A stretch of 64,000 nucleotides of DNA. Origin: the human T2T-CHM13v2.0 reference genome, Homo sapiens. A program made the translations under genes and the position numbers. The notes under the pieces are model-generated. The model did not search any database. It was not told the DNA's origin and was given only the letters and a program-made list of their open reading frames with translations. Where the stretch lies: NCBI RefSeq assembly GCF_009914755.1, contig NC_060931.1. One strand, 5' to 3'. Shown here piece after piece: positions 17,611 through 39,473 of this stretch (positions are counted from its first letter, which is position 1; the number at the start of each line of letters is the position of its first letter).

Positions 17611-18523
17611 TGGAAACCTCCTGTTCCTCCCGCAGGGGATAGAATGTTCCTCCTTTCTATGCCCTCCTACCCCATCCCTGCCTCCCCCCAGAACAGCTCC
17701 AAGCAACAGCCCCAGGCAAGCTCCTGGGACCCCTACCCTCCACACCAAAGTCGAGCCCCTTACTCTCCCTGGAGCCTTTGCTCCTGCTCTCCCCAACACC
17801 GACACCGCTGTCCCTCCTGCCCAGTCGGCCTTCAGCCCTGCCAGAGCCCTCCCTCGCCCCAGGACAGGACGGGACGGGGAGGAAGGCCTCCCTGGACTCA
17901 CACTGCCTGCCCACTTCATCCAGCCTGGTAGTGATCAGCTGCCTCCCACCTGCTCTGAGCTACCTGGGGGCGGGGAGCATGCCTGTGTCCCCAGGGCCCC
18001 CACAGGGCTTGGCACAAGACAGGCAGCCCATGAGTGTTTGCCGAATGAACAGACGAATGAATGAACTGATGAGTGAATGAATGAATAAATGTAACAGCTA
18101 TCTGGGGAAAGAGGGATGGGGGAAGGCAAACACGCGCTCAGTTCCAAGGGTCTCAGGTGTTGGGGGGCTCCTGGGGCTGGGAGAGGCCTGCAGCCAGGCC
18201 TAGGGCTGGTACTGGGTAAAAGTGGGGAAGTGAGGGCTGTCTCTAGAGCTGTTCCTCCAGTGAGTGTCCATAAAAAGGAAGTGTGTTTCTATGGTGGAGG
18301 GTGGGGAATTCCAAGCTCTGCTTCCCTTCTCAAAAGGGGCTCTTCCGGCAGAGGAAGGCATTTGGGGCCAACAGCTCCAGAAGCTCCTGGACACAGACAG
18401 GAAATGTCTGCCAAGACTCAGTTTTCCTACCTATAAAGTGGGAAGTGTAACCCCGGCTCACAAGGGAGCTTCCCTGGGTCCTGAGACGATAGAGAAGGTC
18501 TTGGAGGTGCTCAGTAAATGTTA

Positions 18524-19064
<541 letters not shown>

Positions 19065-22049
19065 TCAGTACTGACTGAGGCAACAGGGGACCTCCGTGGG
19101 CTGTCCCCCACTACTGGGCTGCTACTGCTTCCAAAGGCCTGGAAGCAGGACCCGAGTCCTGGTGTGCAAGGACTATGAAGAGCCGGGTGGCTGGATCAGA
19201 GGTGGGGCAAGAGGACGGTATTGAGAGCAGGCCGAGGCCAGATTTAAGGACCTGGGCCCAACCATGGTCCCCAGTGGGCTGCTGGGACCCAAGCCCTGCC
19301 CAGTTCCTTCTTCGCTAGTGTTGAGGCCCCTAGGCTGCCCACCTCTCTCATTTCTCCTTTCCCGAGCCAGTTGCCACTGGCCTGTCTGGCTACTTTCGGG
19401 GCCTCTATATTTAGGGCCTTGGCAGTTTCTAGGCTGTGGAAGGAGGAGGATCAGGGAAAACCCCGAAATAGCCTTGGGCCAGTCCCCAAGGCCACTTGGT
19501 GTGGGAGGCAGTGGGTCACTGGTCATCGTGAGACTTGGCTCATGCCTAGGTACGTGGGGACGAGAGACAGTGGGAAGAGGCAGGGCAGGAACAGGCAGGC
19601 TCTGAAAGCTAGCAGTGATGGGGAATGCAGCTGCGCTCTGTGCCCTTTAGAGGAATAAAAACCCATGAGTAGAAGTGGCAGGAAGGCAGCTGGCAGCTGT
19701 GTGAGGACAGCTTCCTCCTTGGAACTGTCTCAGTCAAGATGAGCCACTATGAGAGGCGGTAAGCTCCCCGTCCTCAGAAGTATGCAAGCCCTGGCTGGAG
19801 GAGATGCTACTCAGAAGATAGGCGGGGTGCTGGTGAGGCACAGTGAAACTCCAGTACTCAGTGAGGGCCTCCCATGATCTCCAAACCCCTGCCCGACTCT
19901 GCAGCCAAATGCTTTGCATAGGATTTCCGAGGCTCAGTCTCACTGAGCCCAGCCGCAAGCTTACAGCCGCGGGCAGGCTAGAATTCTCAGCCTGTCGGCA
20001 GCAAAGGCAATCTGAATCCTGACTTCTCTACCTACCCTCTTGGCAAATGGCTTTCACTTCCTGAGCCTCAGTTTCCCAATGTGCAAACCGAGGATGTCTA
20101 TCTTATAAAGCTAAGAAGAGGATTAAGTGGGGGAAGTCCTCAACACCTCTTATTCTCCCTACTATGGACCCGGTGCCAGGATGAATGAGTCACAGTCCCT
20201 GCCCTCACAGTCAGCTGGGACAGGCACCACTTGACGGAGGAACTGCCACACCAGGGGCTTCCTCCTGCCACCCAGAGTGCTGGGGGGCGAGCCCAGGAGC
20301 CAGGAACTCTGCCCAAGTGCACCAGGGAATGCCCTGGAGAGGAGAAGTTTGAGAGGAGTCCTGAACATTGAATAGGAGTTTTCTGGAGGACTGAAGTGGA
20401 GTGCTTGAAGGCAGAAGTCCCCACACATGGGCGAAAGCAGAGATGTGAAGGGTAGTAGCCCAAATGTGAGGGACTGTTTATGGGATGGTTTAAGAGGCGG
20501 CTGACAGGTCAGAGCTGTGTATGCAAGCCACAGGGGAAGATGGGGGGTTGCAAAGGAGACGTGAGTAGGGCAGGCAGGGGGGCAGGGTGAGGATCGAGAT
20601 CCCAAGGCACCCCTCCACTGTAGATGGAACCCCTTTGCCCAGAGGCAAAGCACTGAGCAGGGAACCAGGCACTGGGCTCCCAGGTGGGCATACTCCAAGA
20701 GCTTGGCTGCCCTGGGCTGGAGAGAGCCTGGAGCCAGGCACTAGGGCCAGCTGCTGTGGGGATGAGGAGGGAGGCGACAGACGGAGGGGCTGCTCCTCCC
20801 AGCTGCCACCAGCCAGAAGAGGCCAAGATGACCTAGTTCCTAGTGCCAGTGGTGGCAGGGGGTGGGGGATGCTTAAAGGCTGGGCCTGGAGGCTGAGACC
20901 CTTCTCAGAGCTCCTCTGCCTTCCCAGCCCACAGACCTCACTGCCAGCTCCCACTCCACCTCCCTCCAAGCCTCCAAGCACAGAAACCCACCTAGGGATG
21001 CCCACCGCCCTCCCTTCCCCATTGTCATGGTAACTGCTGAGCTGGGCCTCATCAGACCCAGGGGGCCTGGAACTGGCACTGCTCTCGGTGGTGGCGCGCT
21101 GAGCTTGCTGGGAAGCTCACAGGGGCCACCACACATATGTGTGAGCAGAGTGCCTGCCCCCCACCCTGCTCCACCCCCTCGCCCATGCTAGCCACTTCTC
21201 TGCATCCAGGAGCCCGGGGCGCCCAAGGGGTGGGGAACTGCAGCTCCGCAGACTTTGGACTCTGTTTCCTCCAGGCTCCACTTTTCCCCCTCCCACCCTC
21301 CTCCTCCAGGCAGCCAGTGCCCCTTGACCTTTGAGCTTTCCCCCTCTTCCTCTAGAGGGATTTCAACCCCTAGTTTAAAGAGGGGAAACTGAGGCTCTAG
21401 GAGCAGGGAGCTGCCTAAACCCTGTACATGAGGAAGGTGGTGGCAAGACCAAGATGGTGGGCCAGGGGTCAGGCAGCTCAGCCCTGGGACCTACTGAGAA
21501 GAGTGGAACAAGGGGCCCCTGAAACCTCCCCAAATCGAGCCAGGGACCAGGGGAATCCCCAGATGTCAGTGCCTGTGAGAAGCCCTAGACTCAAGACCCT
21601 GCTCTGCCTGCCACTTGGAGCCAGCATTTCACTTCTCTGAACCTCAGTTTTCTCATCTGTAAAATGGAACGGTGAGAACTGCCTTTCGGGGTGGTTGAGA
21701 GGATTAACGGGATGGCTCAGGTGTAAAGCCCAAGGCACAAGCGACAGTTACTACCCTCCTTCCCTCCCCCACAGTCCTGCACCTGTCCTGGCCTCCTGAC
21801 CTGTTCTCACTTTTCATGCCAGTCCCTCCTACCCGAGTGCACAGCAGGAAGCCCGGGGACAGCCCCTGGGCCCCAGCATGTGCTTCAGGTGCACACTCCG
21901 GGGCATTAAGGGCTCTGGAACTACTGAGGAAGACCCTTCCTTTGCGGGGGACACCCCACCCCCTCCAACCCCACCCCGGGGGCAGATCACCAAGACGTCT
22001 CCCCTGGCATGTCACCAGGCTCCAGCTCCTGTCGTATCAAAGCCCCTTC

Positions 22050-22749
22050 CCCTCGTGAGCCGCGGATCGCTGACAAATTCTCGCCCCCTCCCTAGTTCCC
22101 AGCCCCCAGCCCTCGGTGACACTTCCCCGCCCCCCGGTTGTCACCCCGTCTGGTGCTCGCAGAAAATGTCACTGTCCCCATTTTCCCCGCCGATCCCCCA
22201 CCACGGCCGCACTCCCGCACCCTCTCCGCTGCTCTTGTGGGTGGACCCCGGAAAGGTCAGGCGTCCTGGGGGGCAGTGCCCCTCCCCGGAAAGTTGGGGC
22301 TCCCACCCCCGGCCGCGCTCACATGTCCTTGGCGGGAAGGTTCTTCCCCTCCACGATGCGGATGTACAGCGAGCTGCGCTTGGCCATCGCGGGGTCCCGG
22401 CTCGGGGGAAGCCAGACACCGGGGTCCGGGGTGGCGGGCGGCGGGCGCTGGACTGGGCGCCGCAGGGGGGGCGGGCCGGGGAGGAGGCGGGGGCGGGGGC
22501 GGGGCGGCGGGGGCGGGGCTTCGCTGCCACTCCACTCACCCCGCCCCCGCCCCACGTGCGGGGGACACTGCGCCCGGGCCGGCCAATCCGCGACCGGGGT
22601 TCCCCAGGGCGGGGAGGGGCCGGCCGGGGCCGCAGCTCTCATTGGCCGTCTGGGGCGTGAGGGGCGGGGCCTGTGAGGAGGCGCTGACACTCGCCGGGCA
22701 GCCGGCGCGGTGGCTCGAGGGGGGCGCCCCTGGAGGAGCGGGTGGGGGA

Positions 22750-22750
<1 letters not shown>
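22050..22750 (-). promoter_or_regulatory. CpG-island promoter of RASA4
   Basis: Dense CpG; tandem GGGGCGGGG GC boxes at ~22486-22520 and ~22661-22669; CCAAT at 22583 (+) and ATTGG at 22641; CACGTG at 22553; no TATA box. Confidence 0.88.
22323..22387 (-). CDS. RASA4: RASA4 exon 1 coding part ([22 protein letters not shown]), Ras GTPase-activating protein 4 / CAPRI
   Basis: GCGATGG start at 22387, AT|gtgagc donor; 65 nt; exons 1-12 splice into one open frame. Confidence 0.96.
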
Positions 22751-24565
<1,815 letters not shown>

Positions 24566-24569
24566 CAAG

Positions 24570-25556
<987 letters not shown>

Positions 25557-26467
25557 CTATATAAAACAATTGAAAAGAATTTTATAACAACTTTCAAAGC
25601 GGTTTGGGGGCAAGTAACTCATTTGATTTGCTCCTGGCCTTGACTTCTCTACCAACATCATGCATTCTTGAGAATCTTAGGATTCTTCCAAAGTGAGAAA
25701 ATGTGACCTACGAATTGTTTTCATGCGCAGTGATGCATTTTGAAATACTAAATTTAACAATGGATGAAACTGACATAAAGTTATATTTAGAAGACATTTC
25801 AGTAAACATTTACTATTTTTTAATGTTGCAGTTTTAATATTTTGGAGCCAAAGCATTTCCCGCTCTTAAACCTCGAGGAGTTTTAGGAGCTGGAGGCCTC
25901 ACACCTCTCCTGGAAAAAATTGTCCCTGCCCTAAGGAAGGACTCCTGAGCCACCTTCCGTCCTCACCCATCAGACTCTGACAGTGGCTTCTGGTGGCTGT
26001 CCTGCTGTGCCATGGCCCAGAGCCCCCAGAGAGGACTTTGGGAGGAGGCAGGTCCTGGAAGAATGAGACCGAAGGCATTGCTGGAGGAAGAAGGAGAAGC
26101 CCAGAAAACTGGATAGGAGGCAGGAGCAGGGGATGAGGAGGAAGTTGGGTGGCAGGTGCAGAGGGTGGCAAGGGCAGCCCTCTCCGAAGGCCAGAGGAGT
26201 CCAGCTGTGAACCCGCAAAAGCTGGGCACAGGAGCCAGGGACACAAGGATCCCTGGCAGGCTCTGGGCCAAGTGACAGCTGTATGTTAAGAAGTCCTGGC
26301 CGGGAGCGGTGGCTCATGCCTGTAATCCCAGCACTTTGGGAGGCCAAGGCAGGTGGATCACGAGGTCAGGAGTTCAAGACCAGCCCGGCCAAGATGATGA
26401 AACCCCGTCTCTACTAAAAATACAAAAATTAACCCGAAATGGTATTGCTTGCCTGTAATCCCAGCTA

Positions 26468-26620
<153 letters not shown>

Positions 26621-27311
26621 TCATCAGAGGCCAGATGGGGCTCTATCCCCAGCTTCCCCCTACCCCACCAATCTTGACACTCCTACTGCACCATTTAGAC
26701 AGATACCATTGAATAACAGTTTTAAAGCCAAGGTCCACAGGCTGGGCTTGGTGGCTCAATGCCTGTCATCCCAGCACTTTGGGAGGCCAAGGCAAAGGAT
26801 CGCTTGAAGCCTGGAGTTCAAGACCAGCCTAGGCTACATAGCGAGACCCTGCCTTTACGAAAAATAAAAAAGTTAGCCAGGCATGGTGGTGCACACCTGT
26901 AGTCCCAGCTACTCGAGAGGCAGAGGTGGGAGGATCGCTTGAGCTCAGAGGTCACGGCTGCGGTGAGCTGTGATTGTGCCACTGCACTCCAGCCTGGGTG
27001 ATAGAGCAAGACCCTGTCTCCAAAAACAAAAAGCAAAAACCACAAAAAAACGAGGTCCACAGTGAAGATCGCAGGCTCTGGAGCCAGACAATTGAGTTCA
27101 AATCCTACCTCCACTGCTATGATAGGAGCTGCTGTGTGACTGGGCCAGTTATTCAGCCTCTCTGGGCTTCATCTGCCTAATCTGTAGAGTGGGGCAATGG
27201 TGGCTGCACCCCGCAGAGTGGCTGGGAACAGAGTGTGCTGGTGAGCCACTTGGTCACCAGACCGCAGAGGGCACCTCCCTGGGGCAAGCACTCAGGACAT
27301 CCTCACGTTAA

Positions 27312-27833
<522 letters not shown>

Positions 27834-28150
27834 TGAACCCTTAACTCTGCACCGGCCAGCCTCAACACACCAGGTCCTCACCAAGGACTCCAGGACTAGA
27901 TGCTGGTGTCCTGTCCACTTCATAGATAAGGAGCTGCAAAGTCACAATGACAAATTCACCCCCCTCCTAGCACAGCCCCCAGCCCTGCAGATGTCAGAAA
28001 GAAAGACCCTGCTCTGAAAGACAGACAGACAGACAGACAGAAACAGATGGAGAAACATAGTCAGAGGCAGAGAGACAGGAAATGAGAAAGAGAAAATTCA
28101 AGCTCATGCCTGTAATCCCAGCACTTTGGGAGGCCAAGGCAAGTGGATCA

Positions 28151-28792
<642 letters not shown>

Positions 28793-28876
28793 TCACCTTA
28801 GGACGTGCCCTGAGTCCATGGGTATCCCAAAAGTGAGCAGGGCATGGCTGCCACGAGGGCTTCAGCACTGCAGTAA

Positions 28877-29228
<352 letters not shown>

Positions 29229-30396
29229 TGAGCCACCATGCCCGGCCAAAATTGTTGTTGTTGTTATTGTTTTTCTTTTTGGAGGGCTGGGCATGATGGC
29301 TCATGCCTGTAACCCCAGCTACTCCGGAGGCTGAGGCACGAGAATCACTTGACCCTGGGAGGTGGAGGTTGCAGTGAGCTGAGATGACAGAGTGCCTGAC
29401 TGAGCTGAGATGACAGAGTGCCTGAGTGACAGAGTAAGACTCTGTCTCAAAAAAATAATAATTAAAAAAAAGAAAAGAAAAAGAAAAAAACTTCTAAATT
29501 TTTTGTAGAGATGATGTCTCACTGTGTTGCCCAGGTTGGTCTCCAACTCCTGGACTTGAGCCATCCTCCCACCTTGGCCTCCCAAAGTGCTGGGATTAGA
29601 GCTGTGAGCCACTGCATCCCACCTGTACCCTTTTCTCTGAGGCCTCCTGGAGCTGCAGTCCCTTAATCCCCTCAGCCCCAGCCCCTGTGGGTGAATACTG
29701 CTGCCCCCCTCAAAGTGAGAAACTGACACGTAGCAAGGCAAGTGAAGCCCCAGGAGTGGGTGTTACCTGCCAGCCCAAAGCCGGGAGTCCAGAGTCTTGG
29801 GTCCAGATCTCTGCTATAGACTCTGGGAGCAACCAAGGACACACTGCTCCCACTGAGACTGGAGATGGTCCCAGGGGGCTTCCTGGAAGAGGCGGCACCT
29901 GAGCTGGGCTTGAAGGAGAAGAGCTGGGGCTGGGAGAAAGAACAGGAGGAAGGGCTGGGAAGTGGGGGAAAGAGTCCAGGTGCAGCTCTGAGGGCACTCC
30001 CCGAGCAGAGACGGCCCAGGGCTGGGGGAGACAACGTGATTCCAAGGGGACTCTCGCCTCCAGAACCCTGTGCAGGACCTACCTGGCCAGGCCTCTTCTG
30101 ACTCCACAAGGAGAAAAATGTGTGTGCAAGCGAGGGGACTTGGGATGGGGCCAGTGCAGCTGCGGCTGGAACGTAAACCTGTCGTGGCTTCTGGCGCCAT
30201 GGCCACCCCCAGCCGGGGAAAGGGCCCCGGCTCGGCTGATGAGAACCAGGAGCCAGGATGGAGCCACAGTGGGGGCATGGGAGGGTGAGGGTGACGGCTC
30301 TTGTTTTTCAGCTTGACCCTTGCCCATCCACTACTCCCCCATCCACTACTCCCACAGATCCTGGGCACTGTGGGTAACTGGAACCCTGGCCTCTAG

Positions 30397-30801
<405 letters not shown>

Positions 30802-30944
30802 TAAAAAAAAAAATTTTTTTTTTAGAGTCAGGGGGCTCACTATGTTGCTCAGGCTGGTCTCGAACTCCTGGCTTCTAGCAATCTGCCCACCTCAGCCTCT
30901 CAAAGTGCTAGGATTCCAGGTGTAAGCCACCACATTCAGCTAAA

Positions 30945-32761
<1,817 letters not shown>

Positions 32762-33825
32762 TGATGTGGACAACAGGGAACCGGCGGCTCACAGAAAGGT
32801 GGGGTGGGAGAGAACAGCTTAGAGGCAAATGTCTCCTACTTTGAGGACTAAGTCCAGAGATGTAGCTTCAAGGTCCAGTTTCTCTGCTTGGGCCTGGGGA
32901 AAGCTTTTCACTTTTTGGGATTTTAGTATGAGCCTGGTGTCCCTCCAGGGTCCAGGTGGGCCCTTCCATTCACCCCAGCCTTAGACCCAAGGCAGATGAG
33001 TTGAGTACAACCAAGAACCACTGGCCACACCCTTCCCAGGCCCTGAGAGGTCACTTCCTGGACAGCCCAGGCTGGAACCGGCCCACAGTGGGAAGAGAAG
33101 GGGTCTCCCACTGGAGATAAGGCCTCCAGTCAATGTCTCTGACATTCATGGAGATCCCTCTGGGGCTCGGTGGCTGGTCAGAGGGGTCGAGGCAGGGCCC
33201 TGGGCAGTGGGTGGACAGGGTCCGTGATCAGAGGGACCGTCACCCAGCCCGCCCTTGGACGTCAGCCCAGACCCAGGTTCCTCTCTTCCCAGAAGTTCAT
33301 CCCCCTAAATGGACTTACGTGCTTAGCTCTCATTAACCTTCTGAACCTTCCAGAAAGGGAGTGGAAATGTCCTGCCTCATCTCCTGCTGAGGAAGCCTGG
33401 GTAGGAGTGGAGGAAGATAAAGGGACCCCCCCAAGGGCTGCTGCTGGGGCCAGAGATGTGGGGGTCCCAGGCAAGGGTGTTGTCCTGAGCAGAGTCTCTG
33501 CACCGGCTGGGTCACCAAGGAGGCTCTGCAAGTTCATCCAGCAGAGGTGGGAGAGCTGAACACCCCTGCCTCTCTCTTAGGGATCCTTGACTCCCTCTGC
33601 ACCAGCCCAGCAGTCCCCCGCCAGCCGCCCCTCACTTCCCTCCTCCAGCAATTCTTTTTATTGTTTTTTTGAGACGGAGTCTTGCTCTGTCGTACAGTGG
33701 TGCGATCTCGGCTCACTGCAACCTCCGCCTCCCGAGTTCAAGCAATTGCCCTGCCTCAGGCTCCCGAATAGCTGGGATTACAGGCACTCACCACCACGCC
33801 CAGTTAATTTTTGTATATTTAGTAG

Positions 33826-33954
<129 letters not shown>

Positions 33955-34294
33955 TAACACTGCTACTGTGCATGAGGCTTGTGCTGGGCAGGGGCTCCCT
34001 GGGCTGGGCTGAAGTGACCTGGGTAGCTGGCATGGGTGGTCTGGGTCTCCAGGTCTGTGTTCTCATTTCTCATCTGTCTCCCTCCGTCCCTTCACCCCAG
34101 CAGAGACAGATTACAGCCTGCACCATGGGTGGCCAGGAGATAATCTTTCTTTTAATTTTGTATTTTATTTATTTATTTATTTTTTGAGACACAGTCTCGC
34201 TTTGTCACCCAGGCTGGAGTGCAGTGGCGCAATCTCAGCTCAGTGCAACCTCCAACACCTGGGTTCAAGCGATTCTCCTGTCTCAACCTCTTGA

Positions 34295-34889
<595 letters not shown>

Positions 34890-35759
34890 TGATTTGGAGG
34901 TTGACAAACCACTCGAGGTAGAAGAGACAGAAGTGGTGGAAGCATTTGAAGCTGAGCTTGGAGGACCAGAGGACTGGGGCTCCAGGAGAAGGGGTGGGAG
35001 GTGGGGGAAGGGTGGCAGGGAGCAGCTGGTGTGAGCCCTCATGCACCATCCTGGAGACCCAGGAGCTTTGGGCCTGACAGCACAGCTCAAACCTGTCCAG
35101 CAAGCAAGGGTTCCAGCTCCTGCAACACTGAATCCCCCAAATCCCTACAAGTCCCCAGGGGCATCTGGGGACAGTCTGCATTTCAGCCAGGACCTCACCT
35201 ATGGGTCCTGGGAGCAAGGGGAAGCCATCCCCTTTGCCTGGAGTGTCCTGCTTGGGAAGGGCCCCCACAGCAGGGTGGCTGGGACCCCAGAGAGACCCCT
35301 CTCTCGAACCTTAGCCCTTGCCTTTTTGTGACCCTGCAATGGAAATATCCCCCAGGAAGGTTACTTTGATGGGGTCAGACCGGGTAGCCCCCGACCACTC
35401 GCTGCCCCAGACTCTTGGACAAGCTGATTCCCTCCCCAAGGCTTCACAGCCCCCCACTGCCCAAGTCTTCAGACCCCTCAGGTAAACCCTTATTTCCAAG
35501 AGCGCCCCGGCTCCCATGTCAAAGAGGGGGTGCAGAGACACACTGTGTGGGTGAGTGGAGGGCTGCCTGGTTTCCAACAGTGGTCCCCTTGGGGCACCTG
35601 TGCTCCTGCTGCAGTGGACGGCTGGGTGTCTGGAGGAAGGGCTGGGGTGTGGAGACAGCGGTGGGGCACAGCCAGCAGGGGTGGGGGTTCCAGGCTGACT
35701 CCCTCTGCATCTGCCGAGGGATGGGCTGCGAATGGTTTCTGTCCCCTGATATCCACTTG

Positions 35760-36008
35760 TTCTTTTTCCTTTCTTTTCTCCCTCTCCTCCCCTCCCCTCC
35801 CCTTTCCTTCCCTTCCCTCCTTCCTTCCTTCCTCTCTCTCTCCTTCCTTCCCCTCCTTCCTTCCTTCCCCTCTCCTTCCTTCCTTCCTCTTTCCTTTCTT
35901 TCTTTCCTTCCTTCTCTTTCATCTCTCTCTCTCTCTCTCTCTCTCTCCCCCCCCCCCTTTCTTTCTCCCTCTCCCTCTCCTCTCTCTTTCTCTCTTTCTT
36001 TCTTTCTG
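35760..36008 (+). repeat. CT-rich polypyrimidine tract (expanded tail of an antisense Alu)
   Basis: (CCTT)n/(CT)n directly preceding the Alu at 36009. Confidence 0.9.
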
Positions 36009-36054
36009 ACAAGGTCTCAGGGTCTTGCTCTGTGCCCGGGCTGGAGTGCAGTGA

Positions 36055-36165
<111 letters not shown>

Positions 36166-37035
36166 TAAAACTTTTTTAGAAATGGGGGTCTCCGTATGTT
36201 GCCCAGGCTGGTCTTGAACTTCTGGGCTCAAGCGATCCTCCCACCTAGGCCTCCCAAAGCGCTGGGATTACAGATGGGACCCATCGCACCCAGCCCCTGT
36301 TCTTTCCCTGCTCTTATTTCTGCTGCTTTTTGCCCTTTTCCCCACTGAGTCCAGCCGCGGAACTGACGCCAGCTCTCTGATTTTATCTTGTGTTTATTGG
36401 GAAATGGTGGTGCCCATCTCTGGGCCAGTCCAGACAGCTTCCCCCTAGGAAGTGAGCCAAGTTCCCACGGCGTGTCAGAGTTAAAAACAAGGACAAGAGA
36501 CAGCGTGAGAGACATAAGAGAGGGGGCACAGAGAAAGACAGAAAAGCAGAGAGAGGGACACACAGGTCCCCTGCTTCCTCTTCTGTTTGTTCATTAATCA
36601 GGCTGATGTCAGGTGGCACAAGGGGCATTGGACATCATTTCATGGCTCAAGATCATTGTCCCTAAGTCTGTTTTCCCAGGCTGTCCCCTTAAGAGCTGGG
36701 CTGCCGCGGCCACACCCTGCAGTCCATGTCACCCTCCAGCCATTGCTCTCCTGTGGGTGTGCCCGGCAGAGCCTCCAGTTCTGTGCCTGCCCCCTGGAAT
36801 GCCCCTAAAGCCCTCCCAGCCCCTTACCCAGCCTTCAAGGCCACACCTGTGCCCCTCCTTCATGCAGCCCCCAGATGGGATCAGGAGGCAGGGTGTGCCT
36901 CTCTGTCCCTTAGGGGCTCCCTGGTCATCTCTGTGCATGTCTAGATGCCACTGAGATGGACTGGCCTTGATGGCCGGGACTCTATGTCTTAGCATCCAGC
37001 ATGGCTAGCTGAAGTCAGTGGCTGCAGAGTGTGGG

Positions 37036-37087
37036 AATGAGTGAGTGAGTGAGTGAGTGAGTGAGTGAGTGAATGAATGAATGAATG
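37036..37087 (+). repeat. (GAGT)n(GAAT)n microsatellite
   Basis: Direct reading. Confidence 0.9.
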
Positions 37088-38777
37088 GGGGAGAACTGAG
37101 TGACCCGAGGGAGGCCCAGACCTGGACAGGAGCTTCTGGTGCCTCTTGTCCCTCCTTTTTTTTTTTTTTTTTTTAAGATGGAGTCTGGCTCTGTTGCCCA
37201 AGCTGGAGTGCCGTGGCACAATCTCAGCTCACTGCAACTTCTGCCTCTCGGGTTCCAGTGATCCTCCTGCCTCAGCCTCCTAAATAGCTGCAACTACAGG
37301 CGTGCACCACCACAACCGGCTAATTTTTGTATTTTTAGTAGAGACAGGGTTTTGCCATGTTGACCAGGCTGGTCTTGAACTCCTGACCTCGTGATCCACC
37401 TGCCTCGGCCTCCCAAAGTGCTGGGATTACAGGCGTGAGCCACCGCACCCAGACCCCTCTTGTCCATTCTTTTCATGGATGAGGAGGCTGAGGCCCAAGC
37501 TGGTCAGGGGGGTGCCAGGACTGGGGCTCCGACATTTTCTCTCCCAGGGGATTCTCAGGATCCCTCTATGGGAACATGATCAGTGGCTTTAAGGGGCCAG
37601 GGGCTTTCCCTCCAGCCAGCCCTGGACTCACAGGCCTCAGAGAACCTGGAGAAGCCAGCCTCGCATGGCTGGGATTTTCATCGGGAGAATCCCACTGGCC
37701 ATGTACTGGGCTCTCTCCCAGTCCCTGAGATTGGGCTCTGGGCTCAGCGCTGAGCAGGACCCAAGGAAGTGGCTTAAGTCTTTGTGGCCAGGCGGTGTCT
37801 GCTGTAGAAAGCAGTGTGGCATGTGGCCAGGTGGTACTGTGGTCAGGGAGAGAGGTTGCCTGGGGCTGTCCAGGCTTCAGCCTGGGAAAGGGAGCACCCG
37901 GGGAACCAAGACAAGGTGCAGGGCTGGAGACAGCTTTGGGCTCGGCTGTCGGGGAAGCATATTGGCAGGAGGGGCCTCCTAGATGTCTGGTCAGAGATGG
38001 CCAGGGGGCCAAGGACATATGAGAGGCAGCTGAGGGTTGCCGGGCGAGCTGCCTCACGCCTGTAATCCCAGCAATTTGGGAGGCTGAGGCGGGCGGATCA
38101 CCTGAGGTCGGGAGTTCGAGACCAGCCTGGCCAACATGGTGAAACCCCGTCTCTACCGAAATACAAAAATCAGCCGGGCATGGTGGCGGGTGCCTGTAAT
38201 CCCAGCTATTCAGGAGGGTGAGGCACGAGAATCGCTTGAACCCAGGAGGTGGAGGTTGCAATGAGTCAAGATCGCGCCACTGCACTCCAGCCTGGGTGAC
38301 AGAGCCAGACTCTGTCTCAAAAACAAAAAAAAAAAAGAAAAAAGAGAGGCAGCTGAGGGGAGGGACAAGGGTCATTAGTCCACATGGGAGCTGGCTGAGG
38401 CTGATGCCCAGGGATAGGGGAGCTGAGTGGGTGCAGGCCCAGGAAGTGAGCAATTGCCAGTGACACCGGGTGGAGGGACAGGTGGAGGAGGAGTTGTGAG
38501 CTCAGCTGCACAGGACATTACTCCAAATGGGGCTGAGGAGAAGGGGGACCCCCATACTCCCCACCTCCCAATGCTGAGGCATGTGGGTAGGGGGCTACCC
38601 AGGAGGGCTTCAGGGAAAAAGTGTTCTGAAGGAAGAGGCAGGAGGGTGGTGAAGGGGACATTTGGGGGCCACCCCTTCTCCAGCTGGCAAAATTGTCCTG
38701 TCCCCGCTGGGTGCGGTGGCTCATGCCTGTAATCCCAGCACCTGGGGAGGCTGAAGCGGGAGGATCACTTGAGGTCA

Positions 38778-39473
<696 letters not shown>

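Noticed and set aside
16855-17919. 354-aa minus-strand Pro/Leu/Ser-rich ORF
   Set aside because: Product of the stop-poor polypyrimidine strand of the GA tract; non-ATG start, no domain
34891-35078. Acidic protein-like frame [25 protein letters not shown]...
   Set aside because: Upstream in-frame stop, no ATG, no convincing splice sites and no recognisable family
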